The translations under genes were made by a program, and so were the position numbers. From IMG/VR virus record IMGVR_UViG_3300032295_003038, positions 1 through 30,123 of that record: a stretch of DNA of 30,123 bases. One strand, given 5' to 3'. Numbering within the stretch: position 1 is the first letter of the stretch; each line of letters opens with the position of its first letter. Source of the DNA: a virus (lineage: Duplodnaviria; Caudoviricetes). Positions 9,267 through 17,735 of the stretch are shown here, piece after piece. Below the pieces are notes generated by a model that was not told where the DNA came from, made no database searches, and saw nothing but the letters and a program-made list of their open reading frames with translations.

Positions 9267-9989
9267 TTATGCTGGTGTCCAAGTACGGTCAATAATCTTA
9301 CCGTATTCCTGTCCTGCGTATGCAGAATCTCCTGATGGGAGAAGACGGAATGTTACTGGGAATGTTGATGCTGCGTTACGAGCAAGTGAGAATTGTGACT
9401 GCTGTACAGACAAAACTCTACGTGCATAATAAACACGCTCTGAAGTTGCGCTTGATGTAGTTGGTGCTTGGCCTACTGCAATAAGCTGGCGCTCTGTTGG
9501 AGCTGATCCAAGAGCACCTGCCTCAAGTCCTAGAACTCCACCACTTAGTGTTGACTTTCCTTGGCCGAATACAACTAGAATATTTTCTAGAGTACCTTCT
9601 GCCATTTCTGTTGCAATCATAACTTCCATTGACTCCTTGAACAGCTTTGCTGTGTCAAGAAGCTGATCTACTGTTACTGAACCGTATGATGGGTTGTAAG
9701 TAATCTGAAGACCATTGTTTGTGTAACCTACGTTACGGTATGCTGCTCCATCTACTCCACCTGCTGCATTAGTATCTAATGCATTTAGTGTTGGAATATA
9801 TGATGTAGCTGTGTTGAAAGCTGGTACCTTTGTAGATGGCTTGACTGCGCCATTTGCAGCTGTTCCTGCTCTTGCAACTCCTGGCTCCATGTTATCTACA
9901 TAACCTGCTGCTGTTGAATCATCTACTGACAAAAATAGTGGTGAAGCACCAACTAAAATATTCTTGGCATTACCTGTGTTTTGTGCCAT
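9267..9989 (-). CDS. Major tail (tube) protein
   Basis: 240 aa; NILVGA N-terminus, VGYTNNGLQITY and FPVTFRLL motifs typical of siphovirus tail tubes; strong AGGAGG RBS; followed by a terminator and the chaperone genes. Confidence 0.88.
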   Translation of the reverse strand: MAQNTGNAKNILVGASPLFLSVDDSTAAGYVDNMEPGVARAGTAANGAVKPSTKVPAFNTATSYIPTLNALDTNAAGGVDGAAYRNVGYTNNGLQITYNPSYGSVTVDQLLDTAKLFKESMEVMIATEMAEGTLENILVVFGQGKSTLSGGVLGLEAGALGSAPTERQLIAVGQAPTTSSATSERVYYARRVLSVQQSQFSLARNAASTFPVTFRLLPSGDSAYAGQEYGKIIDRTWTPA

Positions 9990-10070
9990 AATTTAAAACC
10001 TCCTGTTTATAATATCAATATTAAATTGTAAAACATAATTTGGCTGGCTAGGCCAATTCCTCTAGATCCA

Positions 10071-10099
10071 ATTTTAGTGTATAATGCCCCAAAAGGCAA
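10071..10099 (-). promoter_or_regulatory. Promoter for the major tail gene
   Basis: TTGCCT-17 bp-TAAAAT; the 11-mer TTTGCCTTTTG is identical to the one upstream of the prohead protease gene. Confidence 0.7.
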
Positions 10100-10100
10100 A

Positions 10101-10613
10101 CTAAATGAATCGACCAGAATTGTCTGTTATTCTGGAATACTTTATTTCTAGGACTACGTCTGAAGACAAAAATCCCTGAATTTCCTCAGAGGGTGATGTT
10201 GGGGATATGTCAGCAACAAATATGCTATGGAATTTAAATAGGTCTGAGACCATATCTGAATTCCTAACATCCCTTGCCGATTCATCCATTCTCCTAAACT
10301 CATCAATCATGAAGTTTCTTATCTCATTAATCTCTGATATGTCTGTTGAATATATGGTAAATAAAATTTGTTCACAGCATATTAGCCAATTGTCCTCATA
10401 AGACATTCCTATCTTGTCATAGACTATATGCTTCTTGCCGCTTAAGAATTGATTTAATTCCGCCGACTGCTGTACGGGAATTATAGGAATAATCTCTTTA
10501 CCTATATTGTCTGAATAATAATCACTGGCATCAAATATCTCGTAATTTAAAAGCTGAGACCATAAAAACTTTCTTATCTCAGATGATGCATCTAATTTAT
10601 AATTTGCTGTCAT
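10101..10613 (-). CDS. Putative tail terminator / tail completion protein
   Basis: 170 aa ORF immediately upstream of the major tail gene; overlaps the upstream stop (ATGA). Assignment is positional. Confidence 0.6.
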   Translation of the reverse strand: MTANYKLDASSEIRKFLWSQLLNYEIFDASDYYSDNIGKEIIPIIPVQQSAELNQFLSGKKHIVYDKIGMSYEDNWLICCEQILFTIYSTDISEINEIRNFMIDEFRRMDESARDVRNSDMVSDLFKFHSIFVADISPTSPSEEIQGFLSSDVVLEIKYSRITDNSGRFI

Positions 10614-11398
10614 AGCATTGATCCTCCAAATGATGAAGCCAATGCGACGTCTGCTTGTGCCCTGACAGCATTTGGCGAAAATGAATATTGAACCTTTTTA
10701 ATGTTTGCTGGAATTCCAAGTGCCTTTGACATTGCTCCATTGAATATATTTTGAAATCCAGATTTTTTAATTGATAAATTAACTAAGTCGCTTTTAAAGA
10801 AATGTGCATATGCCATCTTAAAGGATCCAGTTGTAGCAGCCCCTCCAGGCCTTCTGACGACCACTGAAGCCCCTTTGGGCATAAAGACGGTATAACCATT
10901 AACCTCAAACACAAGGCGCTTAGAAGCCTTTGGAGAGATTGTTATGGGGTTTCCTAATTCCATTACAAAAGCTTTGTTTGCAAATACATAGGAGTTCTTA
11001 GATCTTTTATCTTTAGGAACTTTAGTTTTTGAAAGCTTAAAATCATATGCTATTCTAAAAGATAATCCGTCTGAACCAATTCTGTTTAGCTTAAATAGTC
11101 TTCCAGATTCTTGCCCTGTTTTTTTCCATTCATAAACATGGTGAAAGGACTTGGGCTTTGTTCTTGCCTTAGCATCTATATAATTACCAAAATCTTTATC
11201 TATCTGATTATAGATCATTGTTTGAAATTTATTCTTAAATCCAGTATTGCTCATAAGCTTTGCTATTACATTTGATTGATAATATAAAGCAGCAGATATT
11301 TGTGCAACAGTTGTATCTTGTAAGTTTGTACCTACAGTGCCAACCATTAATTTTTCTAGTCCGCTTGCGGCTTGAAGTAGAGCAACATTAGATTCCAA
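10610..11398 (-). CDS. Putative neck/tail completion protein (HK97 gp10-like position)
   Basis: 262 aa basic protein (HHVYEW, GRLF, PITISPK...LVF) within the head-tail joining cluster; TTG start with GGAG upstream. Confidence 0.55.
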   Translation of the reverse strand: MESNVALLQAASGLEKLMVGTVGTNLQDTTVAQISAALYYQSNVIAKLMSNTGFKNKFQTMIYNQIDKDFGNYIDAKARTKPKSFHHVYEWKKTGQESGRLFKLNRIGSDGLSFRIAYDFKLSKTKVPKDKRSKNSYVFANKAFVMELGNPITISPKASKRLVFEVNGYTVFMPKGASVVVRRPGGAATTGSFKMAYAHFFKSDLVNLSIKKSGFQNIFNGAMSKALGIPANIKKVQYSFSPNAVRAQADVALASSFGGSML

Positions 11399-11816
11399 TT
11401 GTCTGATTCTCCGACCTTAGAGCCATAGAGCTGTATCCAATAACCTTTCCGAATGGGTCGGTTATAGGTGTAGTGCCAGATATCTCAAACACAGTTGGAG
11501 TGTTGGAAGGGAAATTTATTTCTGTCCATATTGGGTTATTTTTGTTATCCCTAATGTTAGTTATTTTCTCTCTCGAAGTAAGTCTGTCAGATGTTCTAAT
11601 TTGTATGATCTGTTCGTTAGAATATTTATTATTAAAAACCTGTTTATCTCCAGACCTAGAGGTACTTGAGTTTGATATGATTCCTTTTGCATGGCACTGT
11701 AGTGTTTTATAAAAATGCCATTCTTTTTTTATAGCCCCAGTATCTGGATCCTGCTCGTCAAATTGTCTGTATACATCTAATTTCATCAAAAGAACTGCAT
11801 CTATAATTCCTTGCAT
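11388..11816 (-). CDS. Putative head closure (stopper) protein
   Basis: 142 aa beta-rich ORF (LDVYRQ...DPDTGAIKKEW) directly after the adaptor gene. Confidence 0.6.
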   Translation of the reverse strand: MQGIIDAVLLMKLDVYRQFDEQDPDTGAIKKEWHFYKTLQCHAKGIISNSSTSRSGDKQVFNNKYSNEQIIQIRTSDRLTSREKITNIRDNKNNPIWTEINFPSNTPTVFEISGTTPITDPFGKVIGYSSMALRSENQTIGI

Positions 11817-11817
11817 C

Positions 11818-12804
11818 TTATATTACCATTGCCTGACTAATAACATAATCTGATAAAAGCTTGTCTGCATAAGAGCATCCAGTTCCAGTATAAATATCAG
11901 AAGAGTAATCAAACTTCCAGTCAAATGTTTGAACTGACTTTAAATACTGATCTTTCCAATGCCTATCTTTATCAAAAAAGTGTCCCATGAGCTGTATGCA
12001 TGCTTGCTCAACTTCATCTGGAACGCTAGCCCAACCAAATCTTCCAGAAACTCTATATCTTGAGTTGTTTTTAAATGCCCCATTAAATGAAATATCGTTT
12101 ACCGTAGGTGGAACCATTCCATTTGCAGTGTATACAGTGTTGTCAGTCATAAGAGCAGTATCAACTCTTATTCCAAATCCGCTTTCTGAAACTACTGTAG
12201 AAAGGCCCCAATTATTTATTTGATTAAGATTATCTACCAGAAGGTAGTCTTCTACATGCAGTGTGTAAAGGTTATGGATTTTTGCTGGTAGCGGTAAAGA
12301 ATACGATCCAGAACCATAAGCCACTTCTGTTGAGTAGTAAAGATAAAATTTTTGTCCACAATAATTTTCGATTATTTTTCTAGCATACTTCTCTGCCATT
12401 TGAAGCTCATGATATGTTTTATATTCAGGATCAGATTGGTCTGTTCCAAAATTTAAATCCTCAATAGCCTCTGCGAGGTTGGCGTATGGTGTAACTACAT
12501 CAGCATAAGATATATGATAAGAGCTTATTCCATTAACTACATATCTCCAAACCATTTTAAACTTTCTATTTCTATCAGTATATGGCGTTGGTAAAACTAT
12601 TTGATATGAACCAAAATCATTGTCTAGTTTTGTAGCCGTAAGATTTAAAAGAAGGGTAGTTTCATCAATGGCGGGGAATACCAGTGGGTCTTCAGTAATA
12701 TCGTAGACTTCAACAGAAACATTTCCGTCTGGGTCTACAATTTCACCTGCCCAAAATATTTTAGTTTTAATTGGTGCATTACTATTAACATAAATCTCTG
12801 CCAT
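11818..12804 (-). CDS. Head-to-tail adaptor (gp6/gp15-like) with N-terminal extension
   Basis: AEKYARKIIENYCGQKF and YRVSGRFGWASVPDEVEQACIQL resemble head-tail connector motifs; position after the capsid gene. Confidence 0.72.
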   Translation of the reverse strand: MAEIYVNSNAPIKTKIFWAGEIVDPDGNVSVEVYDITEDPLVFPAIDETTLLLNLTATKLDNDFGSYQIVLPTPYTDRNRKFKMVWRYVVNGISSYHISYADVVTPYANLAEAIEDLNFGTDQSDPEYKTYHELQMAEKYARKIIENYCGQKFYLYYSTEVAYGSGSYSLPLPAKIHNLYTLHVEDYLLVDNLNQINNWGLSTVVSESGFGIRVDTALMTDNTVYTANGMVPPTVNDISFNGAFKNNSRYRVSGRFGWASVPDEVEQACIQLMGHFFDKDRHWKDQYLKSVQTFDWKFDYSSDIYTGTGCSYADKLLSDYVISQAMVI

Positions 12805-12816
12805 ATTACATAGGGC

Positions 12817-13212
12817 TTAGTTGTAGTACTCTTGAACTTCCTTTGGAGTAGCCAATCTAAAACCCTCCTCCTTATCAAAAATTTCTTGTGCTGTCTTTGG
12901 ATCCATTGCCACAAAAGGATGTTCCTTCGTAAATGTGTGACCTTGAATATCGTATCTGAAGTTAGCTCTTGTCATTCTAACAAGTACATCATCCTCATCT
13001 AATTCTTTCTTTGAATCAAATCTAGGCAAGACCTCAATCTCTTCTGAATCTTCTTCAATATCTTTAATTGTCTTCTGGTACACTGACCATGTGACGCCTT
13101 CTTCTGTGAAAGCTGCAATTATATCGTTCTTATTTTTTAAACCTTCTGTATCAACGCCGAAATCTTCGGCGATTTTCTTTAACTCAGATACCTTTAATGT
13201 ATCAAATGACAT
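12817..13212 (-). CDS. Small protein with N-terminal Rho-N/HeH-like helical motif
   Basis: SFDTLKVSELKKIAEDFGVDTEGLKNKNDII fits the helix-extended-helix (LxVxELKxxAxxxG...KxDLI) pattern; AAGGAG RBS; follows the capsid gene. Confidence 0.6.
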   Translation of the reverse strand: MSFDTLKVSELKKIAEDFGVDTEGLKNKNDIIAAFTEEGVTWSVYQKTIKDIEEDSEEIEVLPRFDSKKELDEDDVLVRMTRANFRYDIQGHTFTKEHPFVAMDPKTAQEIFDKEEGFRLATPKEVQEYYN

Positions 13213-13238
13213 AAAATCTCCTTAGTCTAAGTTATTTA

Positions 13239-13247
13239 ATTATAGCA
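13239..13247 (-). promoter_or_regulatory. Extended -10 promoter for the head-tail joining genes
   Basis: TGCTATAAT just downstream of the capsid terminator and upstream of the AAGGAG RBS. Confidence 0.6.
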
Positions 13248-13263
13248 TTAGTCAATTAAAATG

Positions 13264-13293
13264 AAAAGCCCCTAAAATTAATTAGGGGCCTTT
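13264..13293 (-). terminator. Intrinsic terminator after the major capsid gene
   Basis: AAAGGCCCCTAA-TTAATT-TTAGGGGCTTTT followed by CATTTT. Confidence 0.82.
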
Positions 13294-13319
13294 CTTGCAA
13301 GTCTTCTTAATAAATTAAA

Positions 13320-14369
13320 TTATGAAGCGACTTTAACGTTCTTAACTACAACCCAAGCATCTGCTTGCTCGATCTGGACGCCAACACGAGTATACATTGT
13401 GTACTCGATTGAGTCCTTACGTGGCCAGAAGAATCGGTATACAGTTACGTCACGCTTAACACCAATAACAACGTTATTTGGGAATGTTAAGTGGATATCA
13501 CCGTGTGAACCTGATGCTGCTGAATAGTCACCAGTCTGTGTTTCTGGTAGCAGTGGAACTTCAACGATTGGAATACCAAATGCGTATGGAGCTACATATC
13601 CTGCTGGACCTGAAACTGGAGCAACCTCACCACGGATGATGCCTGAAGCAATATCCTGTGGGTTGACGTTCTGGATGTTTTGTGATGTTGAGTATAAGTA
13701 ATCCTGAATCAAGTTTGAACCTGAAAGGAAGCGAAGATCTGTTCTGCGCTGCTTGTACTTACGTGGGAGTGCCTTAAGAGCTGAGTTAAATACTGCACGA
13801 GAGATACCAGCACCTGCTGCGTCTACTACGTGTGCATCTGACTTTGCCTTCTTTACAACGCCATCAAATGCCTTATATAGGTTATCTGATGATAGTGATG
13901 TATTTCCGTTAAGGACTACATCTTCAATGTCATTACCTGCCTGTGTTGCCATCATGCGTGCAATGTGATCTTCTAGATCTGGACCTTCAATGTTGTCTTC
14001 TAGAGACTCTGTTGAAAGCTCCCAATCCAAGCGAAGCTTCTTTGTTGTAAGAGAGATCTTTGAGAATGTCACTGCTGCGTTAGCTGCTGTGTTATCTCCT
14101 TCTGTTGCGAGCTTCATAAGCTTCTCACCAACGGACATACGATCAATCTCGGTTGTGTCAGACTTCATTCTAACAGTACGTGCGACTTTACCAATTACGG
14201 TTGCGTCGAACATATAGTCGAGGAAGCGAGCTGATTGCTCTGGGTTTAGTAAACCACCGTTGCCATCTTCTGACGCTGTGTGGATTCCTGTTCCGCCTGA
14301 AGCGGATGCAAATGTGCCAGTGGCTGTTGTGCCTGCTGCAATTGCTTTTTCTAATGTTTCATTGCTCAT
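13320..14369 (-). CDS. Major capsid protein (HK97 fold)
   Basis: GGLLNPEQSARFLDY, LSTESLEDNIEG, ALKALPRKY, GIPIVEVPL motifs; follows the protease and precedes a terminator. Start placed at ATG 14369 (MSNETLEKA) because AGGTAGGTG lies upstream as RBS and contains the GTG used by the ORF track. Confidence 0.92.
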   Translation of the reverse strand: MSNETLEKAIAAGTTATGTFASASGGTGIHTASEDGNGGLLNPEQSARFLDYMFDATVIGKVARTVRMKSDTTEIDRMSVGEKLMKLATEGDNTAANAAVTFSKISLTTKKLRLDWELSTESLEDNIEGPDLEDHIARMMATQAGNDIEDVVLNGNTSLSSDNLYKAFDGVVKKAKSDAHVVDAAGAGISRAVFNSALKALPRKYKQRRTDLRFLSGSNLIQDYLYSTSQNIQNVNPQDIASGIIRGEVAPVSGPAGYVAPYAFGIPIVEVPLLPETQTGDYSAASGSHGDIHLTFPNNVVIGVKRDVTVYRFFWPRKDSIEYTMYTRVGVQIEQADAWVVVKNVKVAS

Positions 14370-14389
14370 TATATTTTTCACCTACCTTA

Positions 14390-14905
14390 TTATCGAATTA
14401 AATCTGATACGGTACCGAGGAAAGAACCGTTCCATTTAGATTTTGTTATTGTTACTTCCTGAGATCCGCCAAGATCTGAGGACTTCTTAATTGCAGTCTC
14501 TGATTCTACTGCATCGACACGCTTTGTTACACCATCAATCGTGCTCTTGATATCTGCTACAGCATTGCTTAATGCTGTGTGTTGTTCTGCCAACTCTGTG
14601 ATTCTAACTTCTACAGCCTTGCTGAAATTTTCAACAGTTGACTTAATTTCTGTCACCTGTGCAGCATTTGACTCTGTAGCTTTAGCTAGAGTTTCTGAGA
14701 AAAAGCCTTTTAGATCGCCCATCATCTTTGCAAAATCAGGTTCATCAACCTCAACTTCTGATACATCGGCTGCTTTTTCGAGAGAATCGGCAGAAGCGTC
14801 TGCTGCTGGTGCAGCATCTACGTCAGCAGGTGCTTCTTCAGCAACTACTAGTGTTTCTTCGGCAATAGCTTCTGCAGCTACTACATCTTTTTGTACATCT
14901 GACAC
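14390..14905 (-). CDS. Nested in-frame scaffold protein (171 aa) from an internal start
   Basis: AAGGAGGT followed 6 nt later by an in-frame GTG (14903-14905), exactly where the acidic/coiled-coil region begins. Confidence 0.65.
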   Translation of the reverse strand: MSDVQKDVVAAEAIAEETLVVAEEAPADVDAAPAADASADSLEKAADVSEVEVDEPDFAKMMGDLKGFFSETLAKATESNAAQVTEIKSTVENFSKAVEVRITELAEQHTALSNAVADIKSTIDGVTKRVDAVESETAIKKSSDLGGSQEVTITKSKWNGSFLGTVSDLIR

Positions 14906-15694
14906 TTCATTACCTCCTTCTACGTTTGCCTGTTTTGCAATTTTTTGTGTTTCAGGCAACGGTAATCTTGACTTCTTAAATGAATCAAGAATCTTATCTA
15001 TTTCGTTTGATTTGTTTACATCTGAACTTTCGACCCAACCAATTAGTGTTGCTGGCTTTCCAGAAACTGGAGAGTCGAATGTCTTCTCTGTTGACATAAA
15101 TACAGAGTCACTTTCTTCACAATAAAAAATATTTTCTGTTACGGTTTCTGCTGCCATTCCTTTAAATACAAGCTGGCCATTCATTTTAGAAATTGAAAGA
15201 ACATTGCATAATTCATTTGCTGGTGAATCAACTATTGATAACTCCATTAAGTCATATCCCTTAATGAATCTTACCTGTTGTCCTGTTGCTTTGTTGACTT
15301 CATTATCTGATTCTGTAATCTTTCCGCCGATTGAAAATCCTGTAAGTGTGCCATCTAAACATTTTTCCCATGTATCATTTGCACCTTTTGATACATATAC
15401 GTCTACATAAATTCCATTAAAGAAACCCTTTGAGATTGGATCGTAATAAGTTTCTGGTCTAAATGAAAGCATCTTGCCGACTGCAAGCGGTGTGTGCATC
15501 TCACGAATATTTCCACGGAAACTTTCAAATGCTTTTAAGCTAGCTTCTGATGTAACTACATCGCCAGTTTGATCTACGTTATCTAGTGTTGCAAAACCTG
15601 ATACGGTTCTCTTCTCACGGTTTACCTTTGTAAAAGGAACCGATAGCTGTATGTTTTCACCATTGGAAGACCAATGTGACTTTTCAATATTCAT
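14390..15694 (-). CDS. Prohead maturation protease fused to C-terminal scaffold
   Basis: VSGFAT..VDQTGD, NIREMH (His), GFSIGG (Ser), ELSIVDSPAN: HK97-type prohead protease motifs. Acidic Ala-rich coiled-coil C-terminus. Start moved to ATG 15694 because the TTG at 15730 is part of the -35 box. Confidence 0.9.
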   Translation of the reverse strand: MNIEKSHWSSNGENIQLSVPFTKVNREKRTVSGFATLDNVDQTGDVVTSEASLKAFESFRGNIREMHTPLAVGKMLSFRPETYYDPISKGFFNGIYVDVYVSKGANDTWEKCLDGTLTGFSIGGKITESDNEVNKATGQQVRFIKGYDLMELSIVDSPANELCNVLSISKMNGQLVFKGMAAETVTENIFYCEESDSVFMSTEKTFDSPVSGKPATLIGWVESSDVNKSNEIDKILDSFKKSRLPLPETQKIAKQANVEGGNEVSDVQKDVVAAEAIAEETLVVAEEAPADVDAAPAADASADSLEKAADVSEVEVDEPDFAKMMGDLKGFFSETLAKATESNAAQVTEIKSTVENFSKAVEVRITELAEQHTALSNAVADIKSTIDGVTKRVDAVESETAIKKSSDLGGSQEVTITKSKWNGSFLGTVSDLIR

Positions 15695-15701
15695 ATGCTT
15701 A

Positions 15702-15730
15702 ATTTTATACTCGTACGCATCAAAAGGCAA
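15702..15730 (-). promoter_or_regulatory. Promoter for protease/capsid, probably giving a leaderless mRNA
   Basis: TTGCCT-17 bp-TAAAAT, 7 nt before ATG 15694; no SD in between. Confidence 0.7.
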
Positions 15731-15747
15731 ATAACAGTTGAGTAGGT

Positions 15748-17328
15748 CTAGTCAACCTGTCTGCCGTCGCCTTTTGCATTTCTGCCTTCTCCTGAATTAT
15801 CTGGGGAAGTTGCGCTTCGGTCCTGAGTTCTTTTTCTGCTATTTGTGGCTTGGGCTGTAATTTCTGCTGCATCTTCAGCTTTTAAATCAACCATCTCGTC
15901 CCCGCCATCAACGGGAACCATGCCCTTTCTAATTCTAACTTCATTAGGGGTAATGACCTTCATTCTTAAATATCTTTCATCAATTTTAGATTGAGTGTCT
16001 TCATCTGTAAGAGTGAGCTGATTAAATTTAATTAACAAAGCATCTGTTTTCTCTTCAATAATTTTATTTAATATTTTCTCCAAAATCATCTGTGCTGGGG
16101 CACAAACCTGCTCTCTAAATGTTTTATCAGCATCACGGGCTACGGCCAAATTAACACCCTCTGGAGTTCCAAGTTTATTAATAGGAACACGGTGAGCAAG
16201 CAATATTTCATCTCTATTTGCTTGTCTATATTTATTAAATGAGGAGTCTTGAGTATTTGCCTCAACTGGCTCCATTTTAAATTCAACCTTTGAATCTGGA
16301 GTATCTGCTGGAAGTGGGACATATAGAGATCTATGATTCTTTCCTTTTAGCCCAACCTGGAAAAATTCTAATAACTTTCTTTCTGCTTCAGGAGAAAGCT
16401 TTGCCCCTTTTACTGTTACTATATATCTTGGCACCGCTTTATTTTCAAAATAATCAAGATTGTACTTTGCCGCAAACTCATTACCAGCAAGGGCATTTGT
16501 TGCTGCCACAATATCTGGTATGCCATAATAATTATTTGTTGGAGTATATTTTTTTAAATGAATAACTTCATTTGGTCTATCTGTAATTCCTGCAATCGGA
16601 TTTTCTGTATCTGAGTCTCCAAAGTTTCTAAAGAATACAGCCTTACCGTAAAGCAGCTGAATGAACCCATCACGTAAGCGACGAACTCTCATTGTCTTTG
16701 CTGGAATGTGACCAATATAACCAATGTTTCCACTTGTTGTTCTTCCAATTTCAATGTAGCCGTTTCCAGTTACTTCTAAGTCTGTATACGCCTTTTTTAG
16801 AGTTTCAATAAACAACTCTTCCTCATTTGTTTCATCTAGCCAAATGTTTAGGTCTTGACGCAATCTATTTAGCTTCTTACGTGCACGCTCTAATTGCTTA
16901 TCATCAGTTATTGAATCAAATGCTTCATTTGTTTTTCTTGTCTCAACAAAGTCATAGCCTAGGCCTACAATGTTTGAAACCTTTGCGTTTACCGCAGAAT
17001 AATTATATGTAGAAAGCTCATAAACTCTTGAAAGATAATCTAAGTTATACGGTGGCTCGATTAAGTCGAACATAGCATAGCCAGTAATTGCTTGTGCTAA
17101 AAGATTTTGCTGTGTTCCAGTTCCATCTTGACCAACAAATCTTTTAGAAAACTCTCTATTCATCTTTCTTCTAAAAGAAGTACTTAGTCCGCCAACTTTT
17201 TTTAATGCGTCAACATCTATTGAAAATGGATCATTGTTTGTTACAACTTCTTTATTGAGCAGTGCCCAATCCATCGCATTTGAAATATTTATATCGCCAT
17301 TAGATGTCTCGTCATTAATAAATTCCAT
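15748..17328 (-). CDS. Portal protein (PBSX/HK97-like)
   Basis: DLEVTGNGYIEI, NEVIHLKKY..NNYYGIP, YFENKAVP, ILLAHRVP, ITPNEVR motifs; located upstream of the protease. Confidence 0.93.
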   Translation of the reverse strand: MEFINDETSNGDINISNAMDWALLNKEVVTNNDPFSIDVDALKKVGGLSTSFRRKMNREFSKRFVGQDGTGTQQNLLAQAITGYAMFDLIEPPYNLDYLSRVYELSTYNYSAVNAKVSNIVGLGYDFVETRKTNEAFDSITDDKQLERARKKLNRLRQDLNIWLDETNEEELFIETLKKAYTDLEVTGNGYIEIGRTTSGNIGYIGHIPAKTMRVRRLRDGFIQLLYGKAVFFRNFGDSDTENPIAGITDRPNEVIHLKKYTPTNNYYGIPDIVAATNALAGNEFAAKYNLDYFENKAVPRYIVTVKGAKLSPEAERKLLEFFQVGLKGKNHRSLYVPLPADTPDSKVEFKMEPVEANTQDSSFNKYRQANRDEILLAHRVPINKLGTPEGVNLAVARDADKTFREQVCAPAQMILEKILNKIIEEKTDALLIKFNQLTLTDEDTQSKIDERYLRMKVITPNEVRIRKGMVPVDGGDEMVDLKAEDAAEITAQATNSRKRTQDRSATSPDNSGEGRNAKGDGRQVD

Positions 17329-17329
17329 T

Positions 17330-17671
17330 TTACCTTAAGCCCCTTAATTTTTTCATTTCGTCTTTGTGATTACCAATATCAAGGGGGTCTGGAACCAATC
17401 CCCAGTCTAATCTTTTTTTCTGATACTCAAATTCTTCATCATCAATTTTACGTCTTCCAGAAAGGAATTTAGGCTGACCTTCATGAATTCCATATGAACG
17501 AACTTCTCTTGCAAGGGCATCCATTCTAGATCTATTTCCTTTTTTAGATGTAATAGAAAGGAAGTTTCCGTCGTCGTCACCAATCCATCTTCCGTCTGGC
17601 ATTTCCCATACGTATATGCCAAGAGTAGTTTCCTCTTCTAGCATTTTGGTGTTTATTGTTTTGATATCCAT
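17330..17671 (-). CDS. Hypothetical protein preceding the portal
   Basis: 113 aa ORF ending 1 nt before the portal start; has its own promoter-like element upstream. Confidence 0.75.
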   Translation of the reverse strand: MDIKTINTKMLEEETTLGIYVWEMPDGRWIGDDDGNFLSITSKKGNRSRMDALAREVRSYGIHEGQPKFLSGRRKIDDEEFEYQKKRLDWGLVPDPLDIGNHKDEMKKLRGLR

Positions 17672-17680
17672 AAGACTTTT

Positions 17681-17709
17681 ATTTTACCATTCTTTAGCAC
17701 ATAAGTCCA
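17681..17709 (-). promoter_or_regulatory. Promoter upstream of the hypothetical/portal genes
   Basis: TGGACT-17 bp-TAAAAT with extended TGn, 9 nt before the ATG. Confidence 0.55.
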
Positions 17710-17735
17710 GCTTTTTGTTACACCTTGGTACAAAA

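Noticed and set aside
9990-10070. Structured ncRNA or riboswitch in the major tail gene leader
   Set aside because: Only a short TTGGC/GCCAA stem is visible; insufficient evidence without covariation data.
14541-15125. 194-aa plus-strand ORF
   Set aside because: Antisense shadow of the protease/scaffold gene; no RBS or recognizable motif.
15695-15730. TTG start and 12-aa N-terminal extension of the protease given in the ORF track
   Set aside because: The TTG is the -35 box of a promoter duplicated elsewhere; ATG 15694 fits better.
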